In this document: positions 26,690 to 39,463 of the stretch, piece by piece
How the letters are laid out: every line of letters starts with the position of its first letter
Numbering within the stretch: the first letter of the stretch is position 1
Assembly: GCF_006345805.1 (NCBI RefSeq)
Contig: NC_042997.1
Span: 160,890,001 to 160,954,000, forward strand
DNA length: 64,000 bases
From: Octopus sinensis
Lineage: Eukaryota
Reading direction: 5' to 3'
Made by a program: the position numbers and the translations under genes
The notes under the pieces: generated by a model
Database searches by the model: none
Told to the model about the DNA's origin: nothing
Seen by the model: only the letters and a program-made list of their open reading frames with translations

Positions 26690-28170
26690 ATCATTTATAC
26701 GGAACTACACGAACCGTGATTAATCGAATACAAACCTTAAATATATAAATGCACTTAGCAACCACCCACACTTTATAAATAGAGGACTTGTACAAGGCAT
26801 CAGCAAAAGAGTCTCATATCTCTCGTCCAACGAAGATATCTTTAATAAGTATAAGGAATTCTACAACAGGTCATGAGAAAAAGCTGTTTATAAGCAAACA
26901 ATTAAAAGTACCATCACGCGGAACCCTGTAAAAATAACCTGAATAACATAAATATTCAAGATTATAATAATAGGAATAATAGCCAAAATGTCTACTATAA
27001 TAATCACATAAACAATAAGAATAGCAATAATAATAGAAGGTAGTAGTAATAACAAAAATGATAGGAAGAATGATAAGATTCATAATAATATTAATAACAA
27101 CATTAAATATGATAACGATAGAAATACTAATAATGGGAATGATAACAATACCAAGAAAAATAATAACAATAACAATAAAACTATCACACCTCAAAGAACC
27201 AATGAAGTCCCGTTAGAAATGATAATATGAATTAATAAATCGTACAGGAACAACCTCACCAAAGCTCATAGTAATAGTAATTAAAATAAGAAAAGAAAGA
27301 ATAATAATAATTATAACCACAAGTTTACGATCTACAATAATAATGAGGGCAGTTTCTACACCAAAATCAAAATATTAAAAAAGACACGCGGAATAAAGAT
27401 AACACCTGGCTAATAATCCCCTTCGCGATATAACTAAAAACCAATATAGTTAAATCTATGATGAAACTTATAAATATGCAATTCAATATGAATATCAAAT
27501 ACTCAGAGACCTTTAGCAAGAAAATTAGAGTAGACCATAGCCTAACTACTAACCTAGTTACTATTATAGCCTCTATCAACAATAATAAGCTAGACGCCTT
27601 CTATGAAACTAGGAACAATAACAACAAAAAGCACAACAACCAATCGATTGTTATAATAAGTGATCTCCCAAATAACTCACCCTCTAAAAATTCGGACAAC
27701 CACCTTATAAATAATAATCCCCTCCCCCAACATATCATAGGCACAGATAATCGTACTAATCTATGTGGCCGCAAAGACAAAAATAATTGTGAATTCTTAA
27801 ATAAATGTAAAACTAAAAACGTAATCTACCAATGTGAAGTACTCTCAAATAATTACAAGAAAACTTATAATGGAGCAACCAAAAATGAAATGAAACTTAG
27901 ATATAATTCCCATTGCTCAAGTTCCAGAAATAAAAGTAAAGCGAACTCTACCGGACTAAGTAGTTACATCTGGGAACTGAAAGACAAAACCATTAATTAT
28001 AGATTAGAATGGCGTATCCTATCCAAAACATCTTCATATAACCTTAATAAATATCGCCGTAATTTATGCATAAATGAGAAATTCTTCATTTTAATGGCCA
28101 AATCAGAATTACTTAAACGAGACCAAAAAAATTAACATTTTTTGCATAAAGATACATTCATATTCTCTAA
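26690..28170 (+). mobile_element. Penelope-like element fragment (RT thumb to GIY-YIG), second subfamily
   Basis: YINALSNHP..ISKRVSYLSSNEDIFNK (thumb); CGRKDKNNCEFLNKCKTKNVIYQ..TYNGAT..MKLRYNSHCSS.RN..STGLSSYIWELK...WRIL (GIY-YIG variant). Interrupted by an AAT-rich stretch. Confidence 0.85.
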
Positions 28171-29222
28171 ATACCGCTAGTACCTGCATTACAGGTTACT
28201 AGCTGACCTGCCTAACATCTTATTACTTCCCCTAACCATTCCACGTACCACAGAACATAATTTAACATCACATCACAATTTTAAATTAAATTACCCCGAT
28301 TAATCGAACTATCTATTTAAAATTCTACGTTGTACACCAGGGGATATAACCCTCTATAATATATTCACTTTAAAGCTAGATTGCCGACTCACATAACACG
28401 TTATATTTTTATTGATTTTTATTTATTTGCTCTTTAACTTTTTTATTATTTCTTTACGTAGCCCATATATATATATTATGTCATACTAACTTTAAAAAGC
28501 ATACTTAGTTTTTAACAAGGGCATTACTAGTGATCATAGGGACTAACCTAGCGGTCACTAACAGTGTTACGTATGACAATTACCAATAACACATATCGCC
28601 ACCAGGTATAACTCCTTCGACTAATACCGTCGGTCAACTAGTCATTTTCCCCACTTACTGCTCCATACATCTAACTGAAGAAATATTTTTCGTCACATAG
28701 TTCAGGAGGTATGTTAATCTGATGAAGCATCATTACATATTTAAACAGATTTGATTATTCTTGAAAATGTTCGTTTTATTAATGAAGCAGATACAGCGGA
28801 AATTTAGGAGACGCGTCATTTGTTTGTATAAAATATTTAAGTTGAATTTATAATTGTTCAATTTATTGTTTTGTTTTTTCCATTTCAGATTTATATTTAT
28901 ATATTAACAAATTGTATGTTTATGTCTTTTACTTATTGAAGTAACATTGTTATTAATATGAACCAGTAGCTTCTTCAGATATTCAATATCCCTAAGGTGT
29001 ATTTTATGCCTCGCTAAACTATATATGTATATATATATAAAGTTAATCCAAACAAGAAAACACAAAAAAACACAGCAACGCGAGGACGTGGAACAAATAA
29101 AGTATTATTGGACGCTCAGGAAAGAAGGGAAGGCGTGTGTGTGTGTGTTTGTGTGTGTGTGTATGTATGTATGCATTAAGTATGTATATATATATATATA
29201 TATGTGTGTGTGTATATATGTA

Positions 29223-29255
<33 letters not shown>

Positions 29256-29280
29256 ATATATGTGTGTGTGTGTCTGTAAG

Positions 29281-29470
29281 CGTGTTTGTACCCCACCATC
29301 GCTTGACAACCGATGTTGCTGTGTTTACGTCCCCGTACCTTAAATATTTGGCAAAACATACCGATAGAATAACTACTAAGCTTACAAACATTAAATTCTG
29401 GGATCGATTTCTTCGACTGAAGGCGGTGCTCCAGCAAGACCGGTGTCAACCGGAACAACTAAAACAATAA
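29281..29470 (+). mobile_element. SINE family B, 3' half
   Basis: CATCGCTTGACAACCGATGTTGCTGTGTTTACGTCCCCG..ACCGATAGAATAA..AAGGCGGTGCTCCAGC. Confidence 0.8.
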
Positions 29471-29477
29471 AAAAAGC

Positions 29478-29519
29478 TATGCCATTTTAACCCCGAGCAA
29501 CACCGGGTATCTCTACTAG
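29478..29519 (+). mobile_element. Helitron-like 3' terminus
   Basis: CCCGAGCAACACCGGG hairpin then ..CTAG|T; same motif as the end of 38619-39012. Confidence 0.65.
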
Positions 29520-30199
29520 TTGTATACAAAAAAGGTTCATTCCTAAGATGAACCAAAAGCGAGGTTGGGGGCAGGTGCAGTTATGATAGTCGTCAATCTT
29601 CAGTTAAAACTACATATATAAGGCTTTCGGCATATCTTCCAGAAATACATGAAATCAAATTCAGTGCAATTTTAGAGAATCCTTTTACAACAAATCCCAA
29701 ATGAAATAAGGCTAAATGAATTAATATTATGACTTAATTATAACAACAGAACTGATTCTTTGTAGTTAACGCATAATATATTATTTTTATTATTATATGA
29801 ATAATAGAATATATTCGATGTTGCAATCAACTTACAGATATTTAATGGTTTCCAAGTCCAATCGTTTCTGAATTATTGAATAAGCTAAAAACTTATATGT
29901 TTTATGTTGGCAACACAATGCATATCCGTTCACATTGGCAATATATTGAAAACTCATTAAAAGAACAAAACATATAACCGATACGAAAAGAAAGGAAAGA
30001 CAGGGACGTATGACATAATATTAATTATTTATGTGAAAAGAAATAAAATATTTAATGCTATGATGCATGAAATGTGCTTATTGTCTATCATTCAATAAGT
30101 TGGTGTCCATAATGAAACGTCACTTATAGAAGTAATTATATATACACATATATACAATGCGTGCGCTTATACCACACACTCGCACATTTATGTACATAA

Positions 30200-30373
<174 letters not shown>

Positions 30374-30377
30374 ATTT

Positions 30378-31230
30378 TAATCCAAACGGGAACAAAAAAA
30401 CAACAACAAGAACAATTACAGTATTATTATTAATAGGCGCTCAGGAAATGGAAGCAGGGAGGTATGACGTTTCGAGCGAGCTCTTCGTCGGAACATAAAG
30501 AAGGAAGAGAGAGGAAAGAAAGATCCAGAGCGGGCAACAGGGAAAGAGAAAAAAAACGACTGGTGTTTTACGAGTTGCACATGGTGAAAGGCGGATTTTA
30601 CGATAACAAGAGCAAAGTGGGTTTTAAAGGCAAAATAGGAGACAAGGTTGGTAACGCAACACAGTTGTTGTATGTGTGAGTGTGTGCGTGTGCGTGTGTG
30701 TATGTGTTGTGTGAGGCGAGATGAAAAACAAAAAAATATATGTGTGTGTTAGTGTGTGCGTCTGTGTGTAGGCGTGTGAGGTAGGGCGAGACAGTGGTCA
30801 GCTTAGCAGACAAGGTCAGTAGTAGAAAGAAGAAGGAGGGAGGGAGGGAGGAGAAGGGGTGGGGGCGTATGTAGCGTGCCAGCGTGTGTTTGAGTAGTAG
30901 TATGTGTGTGTGTCCAGTGTCGTGGTGGTATTAATGGCGAGTAGATTGAATGTGTGTAAGATTAATGTATATATTTAAGCAATGTGTGTATATTGTGCGC
31001 GTGTGTGTAACGAAAAAGGGGGGTGGTTAAGGAAAAAGGACCCAGCTGAGGGGAAGATGGAAGAGTGGTCCCGCGGAGACGGGCGTGGGAAAACCCAACG
31101 ACACGCGACGGTCCCAGGAACGGCGGAGGTCTCGTCGGGTCCAAGAGCGAGGTGCATGCGGCGCGTATGCGTGGCGAACGGCGCAAGCGCGTGTGTGCGC
31201 GCGCCTGCGAGTATGCGCGTAAGTATGTAT
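30378..31230. mobile_element. Unclassified (TA)n-anchored interspersed repeat, probably Penelope-associated
   Basis: Shares AACAA..AGTATTATT..GACGCTCAGGAAA with 29045-29130; carries a hammerhead-like motif on the minus strand at 30466-30491; CpG-rich 31050-31220. Confidence 0.5.
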
Positions 31231-31236
31231 GTGTGT

Positions 31237-31271
<35 letters not shown>

Positions 31272-31744
31272 CACATACATATATATATTTATACATACAT
31301 ATATATATCCATACATATATACACTTCTACCCTCACTTACATTCACAAGCTGTATCAGATTCTAATAATGATGATGATGATGATGATAATAATAATAATA
31401 ATAATATTGACCAGTAAATGAACTAAAAATTAGTTGAGAATGACCCTGGGTTACCATTCATGCAGAGAGCGAAAAAGATAGTATTAAGTGTTAATTGCAA
31501 GCGTAAACAGACTGTATGTGAAAAGAAAGAATGTTGGCAGATGACTGATTAGTATAGACCATTGTATAAGGAGTGAAAGGAAAACGCTTGCCGAGTATTT
31601 GATAAGTAGTGATGAAGACCTGCTGCAATATACTGGGACCCATATTATTATTAGTATTTTTTATTTGCTATAGGTAGAACAATGGTGATAATGATAATCA
31701 CTGTGGTTATGGAGGCGACACAATGCAAGCACGTTATTTATATA

Positions 31745-32235
31745 TCAGGTCATCCCATAAGTTCTATCCGAATTTTGAATATAGAAAACAAGTGATCAAA
31801 TGTTATATTTAATTGAAATTTAATCATCAGCGTACTTTTCCTGATTATCTATGACTTCCTTCCATCTATTTACAAGGTTTATAATCCCATCAATGTAAAA
31901 CTCTTTCAGTTTCAATGCGAAGAACTCTGAAATGTCAGTTTCGACCTCTTCCTGGCTTGTGAAAGTTATGTCCCCTAAATGAGTCTGTAAACGACGAAAC
32001 AAATGGTATTCTGAAGGAGCGAGGTCGGGAGAAAAAGGTGGATGAGGATTTTTTTTCCTAACCAAGCTCTTCGATCTTCTGTGATGTGATCTTTGCTGTG
32101 AGGAGTCGCGCATTGTCCTGATGAAACATCACTCCTTTTCGATTCACTAAAGCAAGTCTTTTTTCTTCAAAGCTTTGTTAAATCTCTCTAATTGATGACA
32201 GTAGACTTGAGCATTGATTGTTGTATTAGTTGGTA
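31745..32235 (-). mobile_element. Mariner 3' fragment with terminal inverted repeat
   Basis: INAQVYCHQL..VMFHQDNAR..HPPFSPDLAPSEYHLF..FYIDGIINLVNRWKEVIDNQEKY; TIR TA|TCAGGTCATCCCATAAGTTCTATCCG. Confidence 0.92.
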
Positions 32236-32454
32236 ATTTCTTTATTAACCATGAGGTTGAGAAAAAGAGGGGACGATACGAGGACAGACAAAAAAAACAT
32301 TGGGGTCAGGGGATCGAATGAGACGAAACGTATGAATAAACATATAATTAAAATATATACAATTAAATGAAAATGAGTGACTTACAAAAAATGAAGCGGA
32401 GGACGCGGAACGGCGATCCAACAAAATGTCTGTAAATATGTATCTTTTTTAATA

Positions 32455-32858
32455 GGCGCAGGAGTGGCCGTGCGGTAAGTAGCTTGCTTACCAACCACAT
32501 GGTCCCGGGTTTAGTCCCACTGCGTGGAACTTTGGGCAAGTGTCTTCTACTATAGCCTCAGGCAGACCAAAGCCTTGTGAGTGGATTTGGTAGACGGAAA
32601 CTGAAAGCCCGTCGTATATAAGTATATATATATGTATATATTTGTGTATATATGTTATGTATCTGTGTTTGTCCCCCCAACATCGCTTGACAACCGATGC
32701 TGGTGTGTTTACGCCCCCGACACTTAGCGGTTCGGCAAAAGAGACCGATAGAATAAGTACTAGGCTTACAAAGAGTAAGTCCTGGGGTCGATTTGATTCG
32801 ACTAAAGGCGGTGCTACAGCCTGGCCGCAGTCAAATGACTGAAACAAGTAAAAGAGTA
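32455..32858 (+). mobile_element. SINE family B, full-length
   Basis: tRNA-like head GGCGCAGGAGTGGCCGTGCGGTAAG..GGTTTAGTCCC, internal (TA) microsatellite, tail GGCGGTGCTACAGCCTGGCCGCAGTCAAATGACTGAAAC. Confidence 0.93.
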
Positions 32859-33124
32859 TGTGTACATATGCATAATTTTACTTTATATATATTATTTTAT
32901 ATCTTTTAATTGCATATCTTTTACTTTTCTTTATGCAATATTATTTATATGTAATTCTTATTCGCATATCTTACTTTTTTATTATTTTATATGTATATCT
33001 ATATATATTTTTACTTTTATATATATATTTATATTCATTGCATATCTTTTACTTTTTATATTTATATATAATTCTTATTTACATTTGCAAATCACATATC
33101 GTACTTTTTTTTCTTTTATGAATG

Positions 33125-34075
33125 AGTTACTCCGCGTCGGTCACCGGAGTGATATTTAATCACTTCATAGAGTATCTGAGTGCAGGTTTTGTGTTTGGAA
33201 TGTGATAGTTTACCTTATGGGCAAGTAGAAGCTCTTTAACCTTTGTTGGTAATCTACCTAGGAGAATGAAATCTCCGAAATAAATCTTGAGGCCTAGGAA
33301 GTTCCTGGTTTTGTCAATTTTCATATCACTCCGGCGAAAGTCTTCTTGGGCCAATAGGGTGGGTTAGTGCAGTGCAAGCTACATCCACTGGAAATTATTC
33401 ATCTGCTCAGGTACTTCCTGTACTCCAAATCTTAGTAAAATCATTGAATTGGTTGGTTGGCGGAAACCTAAAAATGCCCTTGTAACTTACTCTAAAATGT
33501 TTCAAACAGATTCAGTAAGTGGCAAAAAAATTCTCGGGAATGTCAGTGGAATAAGTCTAGCTCGGTAGGTGTCCCAGTGTATGACAGGCTAGACCTGATC
33601 GTCATCCTAACACTGTGATCAAACAATCTTCAAGAAAAGTAAAAATAGACATCCTTTGAATTTCGGTTGTTGGAACGTGCGCACACTTCTTGATGATAAT
33701 TTCAAACAAGAGACCAAAAAGGCGTACTACACTTATTGTACGTGAGCTCAAGAAATATTCCATTGATATAGTTGCGCTCTCTGAAACTCGTCTCTCTGGT
33801 GAGGGTCAAGTAAATGAATCTAATTATGGATATACTATCTTTTGGAGAGGCCCACCTAAGGGTCAGCCTAGAGAATCTGGTGTTGGGTTTGCTCTCAATT
33901 GTAGAGCTTCCAAGTGGTATGTCTGAACAGATCATGTCATGCCGTATTAAACTGACAAAAGGTAGGTTTCTTACCGTTTTCAGTATTTATGCACCAACAA
34001 TGTCCCATTCTGATGAAACTGTAGGATAATTTTATGGCGATCTGGCACGATTATTAAGGAAAGTACCAATTTCTG
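33125..34075 (+). mobile_element. RTE/BovB-like LINE 5' fragment (UTR plus APE N-terminus)
   Basis: LNFGCWNVRTLLD..RPKRRTTLIVRELKKYSIDIVALSETRLSGEGQ..GYTIFWRG..RESGVGFAL..FSIYAPTMSH. UTR boundary uncertain. Confidence 0.88.
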
Positions 34076-34356
34076 AGTTCATTTAATTTTTCTGCAATTT
34101 AATTGTTTTTCATACTTTAAGTTGAAAAAGTCGCGAAGACTGAAACCGGTAATAAAATGTTCTTCATGATAAAATTTTTTAGCATTTTCTACCTTGTCTT
34201 ATTTTCCGTATGTATATATATATACATATATACATACAATGCATACATATATATGTACATACACACACACATACTTATACATACATGCACACACACATAT
34301 ATATGTGCGTATATATGCATATATATATGTGTATGTGTATATATATATATATATAT

Positions 34357-35085
34357 AAATCCTTAAATCCTTAAAAATGTTTTAGCCCGAAGGCCGCGGC
34401 CATGCTGGGGCACCACCGCTGAATGAGCTACACTAGTTTGTGAATCCACCTCTGATACGTGGCACTTGATCAACAAGGGAGTTCGATGCTGCTGCCCGCA
34501 TCCGTGTCTCCTGTCGTGAGGTAGGTTCATCTGGGACTCCCAACAAGAAGAGATCCAGTTTAGTTTTAAAGAAACCCACATCCACACCATGTAAGTCTCT
34601 CAGCATTTAGGGAGGATGTTAAAGAGCTGTGGTCCTCTGAAACCCAAGCTGTTGCAGTATCTGGACCTGTATTTTGATGGTGATGTTGGAATCCTTGGCA
34701 CCACGCAGCGGCGGAGTAACTTGAATGCCAGCGGTTGGAGTAACTTTGAATGCCAAAGTTTGGGACAAGACCCTCCAGGATTTTCCAGATGTATATCACT
34801 GCATATCTCTCCCGCCTTCGCTCCAGGGAGAAGAGGTTTAATACCTTCAGTCTTTCCCAGTAGCTGACATTTTGCATTGAGACGATTTTCTTTGTGTAGC
34901 TTCTCTGAGTTGCTTCGAGTTCTGCTGTTTGTTTTATATTGTGTGGTGACCAAAGTTGGGAGCAGTAGTCCAAGCGGCTGAGGACGAATGTTTTCCATAG
35001 GACCATCAGTGTCTCCTTCTCTCTTGTTCTGAAAGTTCGGCGAATCCATCCAGCTAGCCGTCTGCATTTTATCACCAGATTAGCA
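34357..35085 (-). mobile_element. CR1-like LINE 3' fragment (second family)
   Basis: GWIRRTFRTRE..VLSRLDYCSQLWSPH..LEATQRSYTK..YWERLKVLNLFSLERRRERY; 3' hairpin and (AAGGATTT)2 tail. Confidence 0.93.
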
Positions 35086-35177
35086 ATATATGTATATGTT
35101 TGTACATGTGTAAAAGAATCTCTGTATTTTCTATAACTACGTAGTATACAGATGGTTATTGTGACTATTTAGTATTG

Positions 35178-35394
35178 AGAATCGTTAGCACGCCGGGCGA
35201 AATGCGTAGCCGTATTTCGTCTGCCGTTACGTTCTGGGTTCAAATTCCGCCGAGGTCGACTTTGCCTTTCATCCTTTCGGGGTCGATAAATTAAGTACCA
35301 GTTACGCACTGGTGTCGATATAATCGACTTAATCCGTTCGTCTGTCCTTGTTTGTCCCCTCTGTGTTTAGCCCCTTGTGGGTAGTAAAGAAATA
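35178..35394 (+). mobile_element. SINE family A, with 12-bp target-site duplication
   Basis: TATTTAGTATTG flanks both sides (35166-35177 and 35395-35406). Confidence 0.93.
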
Positions 35395-35684
35395 TATTTA
35401 GTATTGGTTTAGTTTTCTTGATACAAAATTAGAATGCTAATTCTAGTAGGCAACCTCCAAGACATTATTAGTCTATAATCCCCCTACCACTTTAACTTCA
35501 ACATGAACAACTTTTGACATTTATTTCACCCCTTCCTATATCTATAAATAGAAAAACTCTTTTGTCTCCATTCAACCGAATATCCCTCCCCCTTCACTAG
35601 CAGATCAAAATAACTAAAAGTAAATCTACAGTCAGAAGATAAATTCTAACACCTTAATGTTTTTAACATTCAAATCAACCTCTC

Positions 35685-36339
35685 AGTCGCTTGTTTCCTT
35701 AAGCTGCTTCATATTCGTTAACAAGCACCATTTTTCGTCGCCAGTAAGGATTCGGTAAAGAAATCGTTGCTTGTGTCCATGAGTTGAGCGGTGACGAGCA
35801 AGCAAACCAGTAGAGATTGTGGCTCGTTGATTTTTGTTGTTGTCATTTAAAGCATGCGGAAGCCACGCCCCATACCTCTGAACCTTTCCCATCGAGTGAA
35901 GCTCCTTCTCTATAGCAGTGTGGGAGCATTGCATTTTCTCTGCCAATTCCCTTGTTGTTTGACGAGAATTTTCGTGCAAAAGTTGGTTTAATTACACTTC
36001 ATCGAACTCAACTGGACGGACACAACGAGGTGCATCTTTGAGGTCAAAATTTCCATTATTTGAACTTGGCATACCAATCACGAGCGGTTCTTTCAGCTAT
36101 GGTATCCTCCCCATACACAGCACAAATATCATGAGCAGCTTTTGTGACTTTAGAACTTTGATTAAAACCAAAAAGATGTCGAAACTGCTCATTTTTCTTA
36201 ATTTCACATTCCATTTTAATGATCTGAAAATAAACAAAAATTAACTAAAATTAACTAGAAAAAATAATAGATTCCAAAATTTAAAAACGCAATAAATTCC
36301 AAAATTTAAAAAACCGTTGGGAACATAGTTGCCAACATA

Positions 36340-36340
<1 letters not shown>
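35685..36340 (-). mobile_element. Mariner 5' half with TIR
   Basis: TA|TTATGTTGGCAACTATGTTCCC TIR; RQTTRELA..GAWLPHAL..RILTGDEKW. Confidence 0.92.
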
Positions 36341-36397
<57 letters not shown>

Positions 36398-36417
36398 CCC
36401 TGTGTGGCTAATAAAGA

Positions 36418-36454
<37 letters not shown>

Positions 36455-36572
36455 CTAAAGAGCGTATAAATGTGAACAAATCACAATTATTTACGAATTA
36501 TAATTTCATAAATAATTTTGAATTGTTTACGCTATATCATGCGTAATGTATTTTTACATTCTTCTTTATATG

Positions 36573-36662
<90 letters not shown>

Positions 36663-36699
36663 CGACTTTCTCGTTGAATTCAGTTATTGAGCATTCAGT

Positions 36700-36903
36700 T
36701 ATGGCCGAACGACCTGCATACATGATTTTGTGCATGAGTTTGTGCCGCATGTTCGCTCATTCTCACGTGTCGAAGTGATCGCAGAGCAGCATGAGATAAG
36801 TGGTTTGCTCAAGAACACAGCACACCACCCAGCTTGGGAATTGAGATCATGATCTGGCTCTCGTGTGTGCAGCATCCTAACCACTAAACCATGCATCTTA
36901 CAC
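36700..36903 (-). mobile_element. tRNA-derived SINE, degenerate 5' part
   Basis: TGGTTTAGTGGTTAGG A-box, TCAATTCCC B-box remnant, then TGTGTTCTTGAGCAAA..CTT. Confidence 0.7.
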
Positions 36904-36996
36904 ACACGCACACGCACACACACACACACACACACACACCACACACACACACACACACACCACACACACACACACACACATGCATATACAACACAC

Positions 36997-37805
36997 GGAT
37001 CTTTTCATTTTGAAAGCCAGATTTTTCAGATTTCGTATACTTCGTATACTGGTAGAATGTGTCAAAAGAAAACAATAATTTCAACTAGTTTTTTTTACAA
37101 AAATGTATTTTATAAGTTTATACGTAGTTTAAATCTGCGAATTTTAACCAATCGTATTGTCTGTTTTCATTTGAAATTATTAGCTGCATAGTGTTACTGT
37201 GACGTAGACAGCTATTTTGTGAGTGGGTAAGCAGTAAGCAAAAAGCTGTGGTAGATGTGGTTATCATGGCAGTGGTGGTGGTGGTGGTGGTGGTGGCGGC
37301 AGTGGATGATGATGATAATGATGATGATAGTAGTAGTAGCATTGATTATGTTAGGATGTCTCATGGATGGTAGTGTTGAAGACATTGCAGAGTGTAGTGG
37401 TGGTGAAATTGGTGATTTTGAATATGATGCTGGTATTGATCTTGGGGTTGTGGTTGCAGAAGATGGTTGTGGTGGTGGCATTGGAGGTTGTAGTAATGGT
37501 TGTAGTGGTGGTTGTGAAGATGATTCTGATATTGATAGTCTTTGCATTGAGGTGGTGGCAGAGTCAGAGTAAATAATAAGAGCCCAGTTAACACAAGATT
37601 CTTAAATTTCGGAGATCATAAGATAGAGAGCAAGAAGTTAAAAGTTCCAATACTGGCCCAATTCCTACACCCCAGATTCTTCAACTATTTTATAAGAAAG
37701 AGGTTAATGGCAGGATAAGGATTCAGCTTAAAAATAAATTGTATAACAAAAAATACATAAATAAATTACTGCTCCAACGATGTAATTTTAGTATGTGTGT
37801 ATGTA

Positions 37806-37850
<45 letters not shown>

Positions 37851-38262
37851 GCAATGCAAACAATGGAAAATAATTTAAACACTCATTTTATATATACTAA
37901 GACTTTCAAAAAGAATTTAGCTATTTAGGATCTGCACAAATTTTATATATACTCCACGAAGTTTGAAAGTGTTTAGTTACGATAAGCGGATGTTTACATT
38001 TTATGTTTACGTTAACTACGTCTCAAAATAGCTATTTACGTCACAGTAACAATATTTTGAGAGGCAGTAAATGATATGAAGTCGAAAGAAAGAATATCAT
38101 TGGTTAAAATTCGAATTATTAAACAACGTTAAACTTAGAAATTACAATTCCGTTTTCATTTTGGCTTACAATTATGTTTTCTTTTGACACATTCTACCAG
38201 TATACGAAGTTTCAAATTGTTTAGTTAACTAGGAAAATCTGGCTTTCAAAATGAAAAGATCC
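36997..38262. mobile_element. Non-autonomous TIR element, ~230-bp imperfect TIRs, 8-bp TSD
   Basis: CAACACAC|GGATCTTTTCATTTTGAAAGCCAGATTTT...AAAATCTGGCTTTCAAAATGAAAAGATCC|CAACACAC. Confidence 0.85.
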
Positions 38263-38618
38263 CAACACACTCATACACACACAATATACACATACACAGA
38301 GTGATGAGGTAATGGGAGTAGGTTTTTAGGCACACGAAATATGCTATGATCCGCGAGCATGAGGTTAAGAAACGGTGTGTTAGAAGCTATAAGCTCCCAC
38401 AACCACGTGCTGAGAAGTAGGGGAACGTCAATCGCCATCGACACTCTCCGTTTCCATTACTGTATTCACACAAATATATTCACCACCGACATACATGCGC
38501 GCACTCATACAGGCACTTAGAGAAAGAGCAGGAGATAAGTTAGGGCTCGATACATTACAGTACAGATATAGATAGAGAGAAAGAGAGGAAAATGTATTAG
38601 AAAGCGTTATATATTAAA

Positions 38619-39012
38619 CTAGCAGTATCGCCCGGCGTTGCTTGGGTTTGTAAGGGAAATAACTATAAAGCATTTTTAGAGAGTTATAGCCAAAAAATAG
38701 TAAAAAATGCATTAAAAATGGAAAATAAATTATGGTAAATTTTTTTTAAATCGTTGACTCATCGTAGACATTTTTAGAGAGTTACTTCCCTTATATAATA
38801 GCGAAAAAATGCATTAAAATGGAAAAAAATGATGGTAAATTATTTTAAAAATCGTAGACTCATCGTAGACGCGCGCTAATACCAAGAAGGGCTCGATATG
38901 AATCACGACTATAAGATACCCGGTTTTGGTTAAACTGCACCGCAAAATGTGGGAGTAGTTAGGAATCTAAATCGTAGGAGACAGACACACAACCTTACTT
39001 TTATATATATTA
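38619..39012 (-). mobile_element. Complete Helitron-like non-autonomous element
   Basis: 5' ATATATATAAAAGTAAGGTTGTGTGTCTGTCT; 3' CCCAAGCAACGCCGGG hairpin plus CTAG|T; internal ~100-bp tandem duplication. Confidence 0.75.
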
Positions 39013-39184
39013 AATATTTTTTCTACCGATATTACATTGAATACAGATGTGTGTGTTTGATCTCAGAGATCGATAGAACAGTCATCTGATTGGCTCTATC
39101 TTCGATACTACAGGTATAAACTTGTCTGTGCGTATGAGTGTTTGTGCTTGTTTGTTCACGCACATGTATGTGTGGGTGTATACA

Positions 39185-39231
<47 letters not shown>

Positions 39232-39463
39232 TCACAATTAAAAAATATTGTGCATTACGGAGAAGAAACTCATGAAAAGAGTGTCACTATTCCATATGTT
39301 TGCAGAAAAAGTTTCTCTTGAATGAAAAGGAAAGAAAAAAAAACAGGAGGGAATTTCTGTGAGCAATAAACGTAACAAGAGAACTTTTATGTATGGCAAG
39401 TCATAATTGGTTCCTGACTTGTAAATGTTTAAAGTACTATTTGTAATTGTATAACAAACAAAT

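Noticed and set aside
28660-28760. CTGAAGA and CTGATGA motifs downstream of the second Penelope fragment
   Set aside because: No properly placed GAAA or stem II; cannot support a hammerhead.
37212-37594. His/Pro/Gly-rich ORFs on both strands
   Set aside because: GGT/GAT low-complexity filler inside a TIR element.
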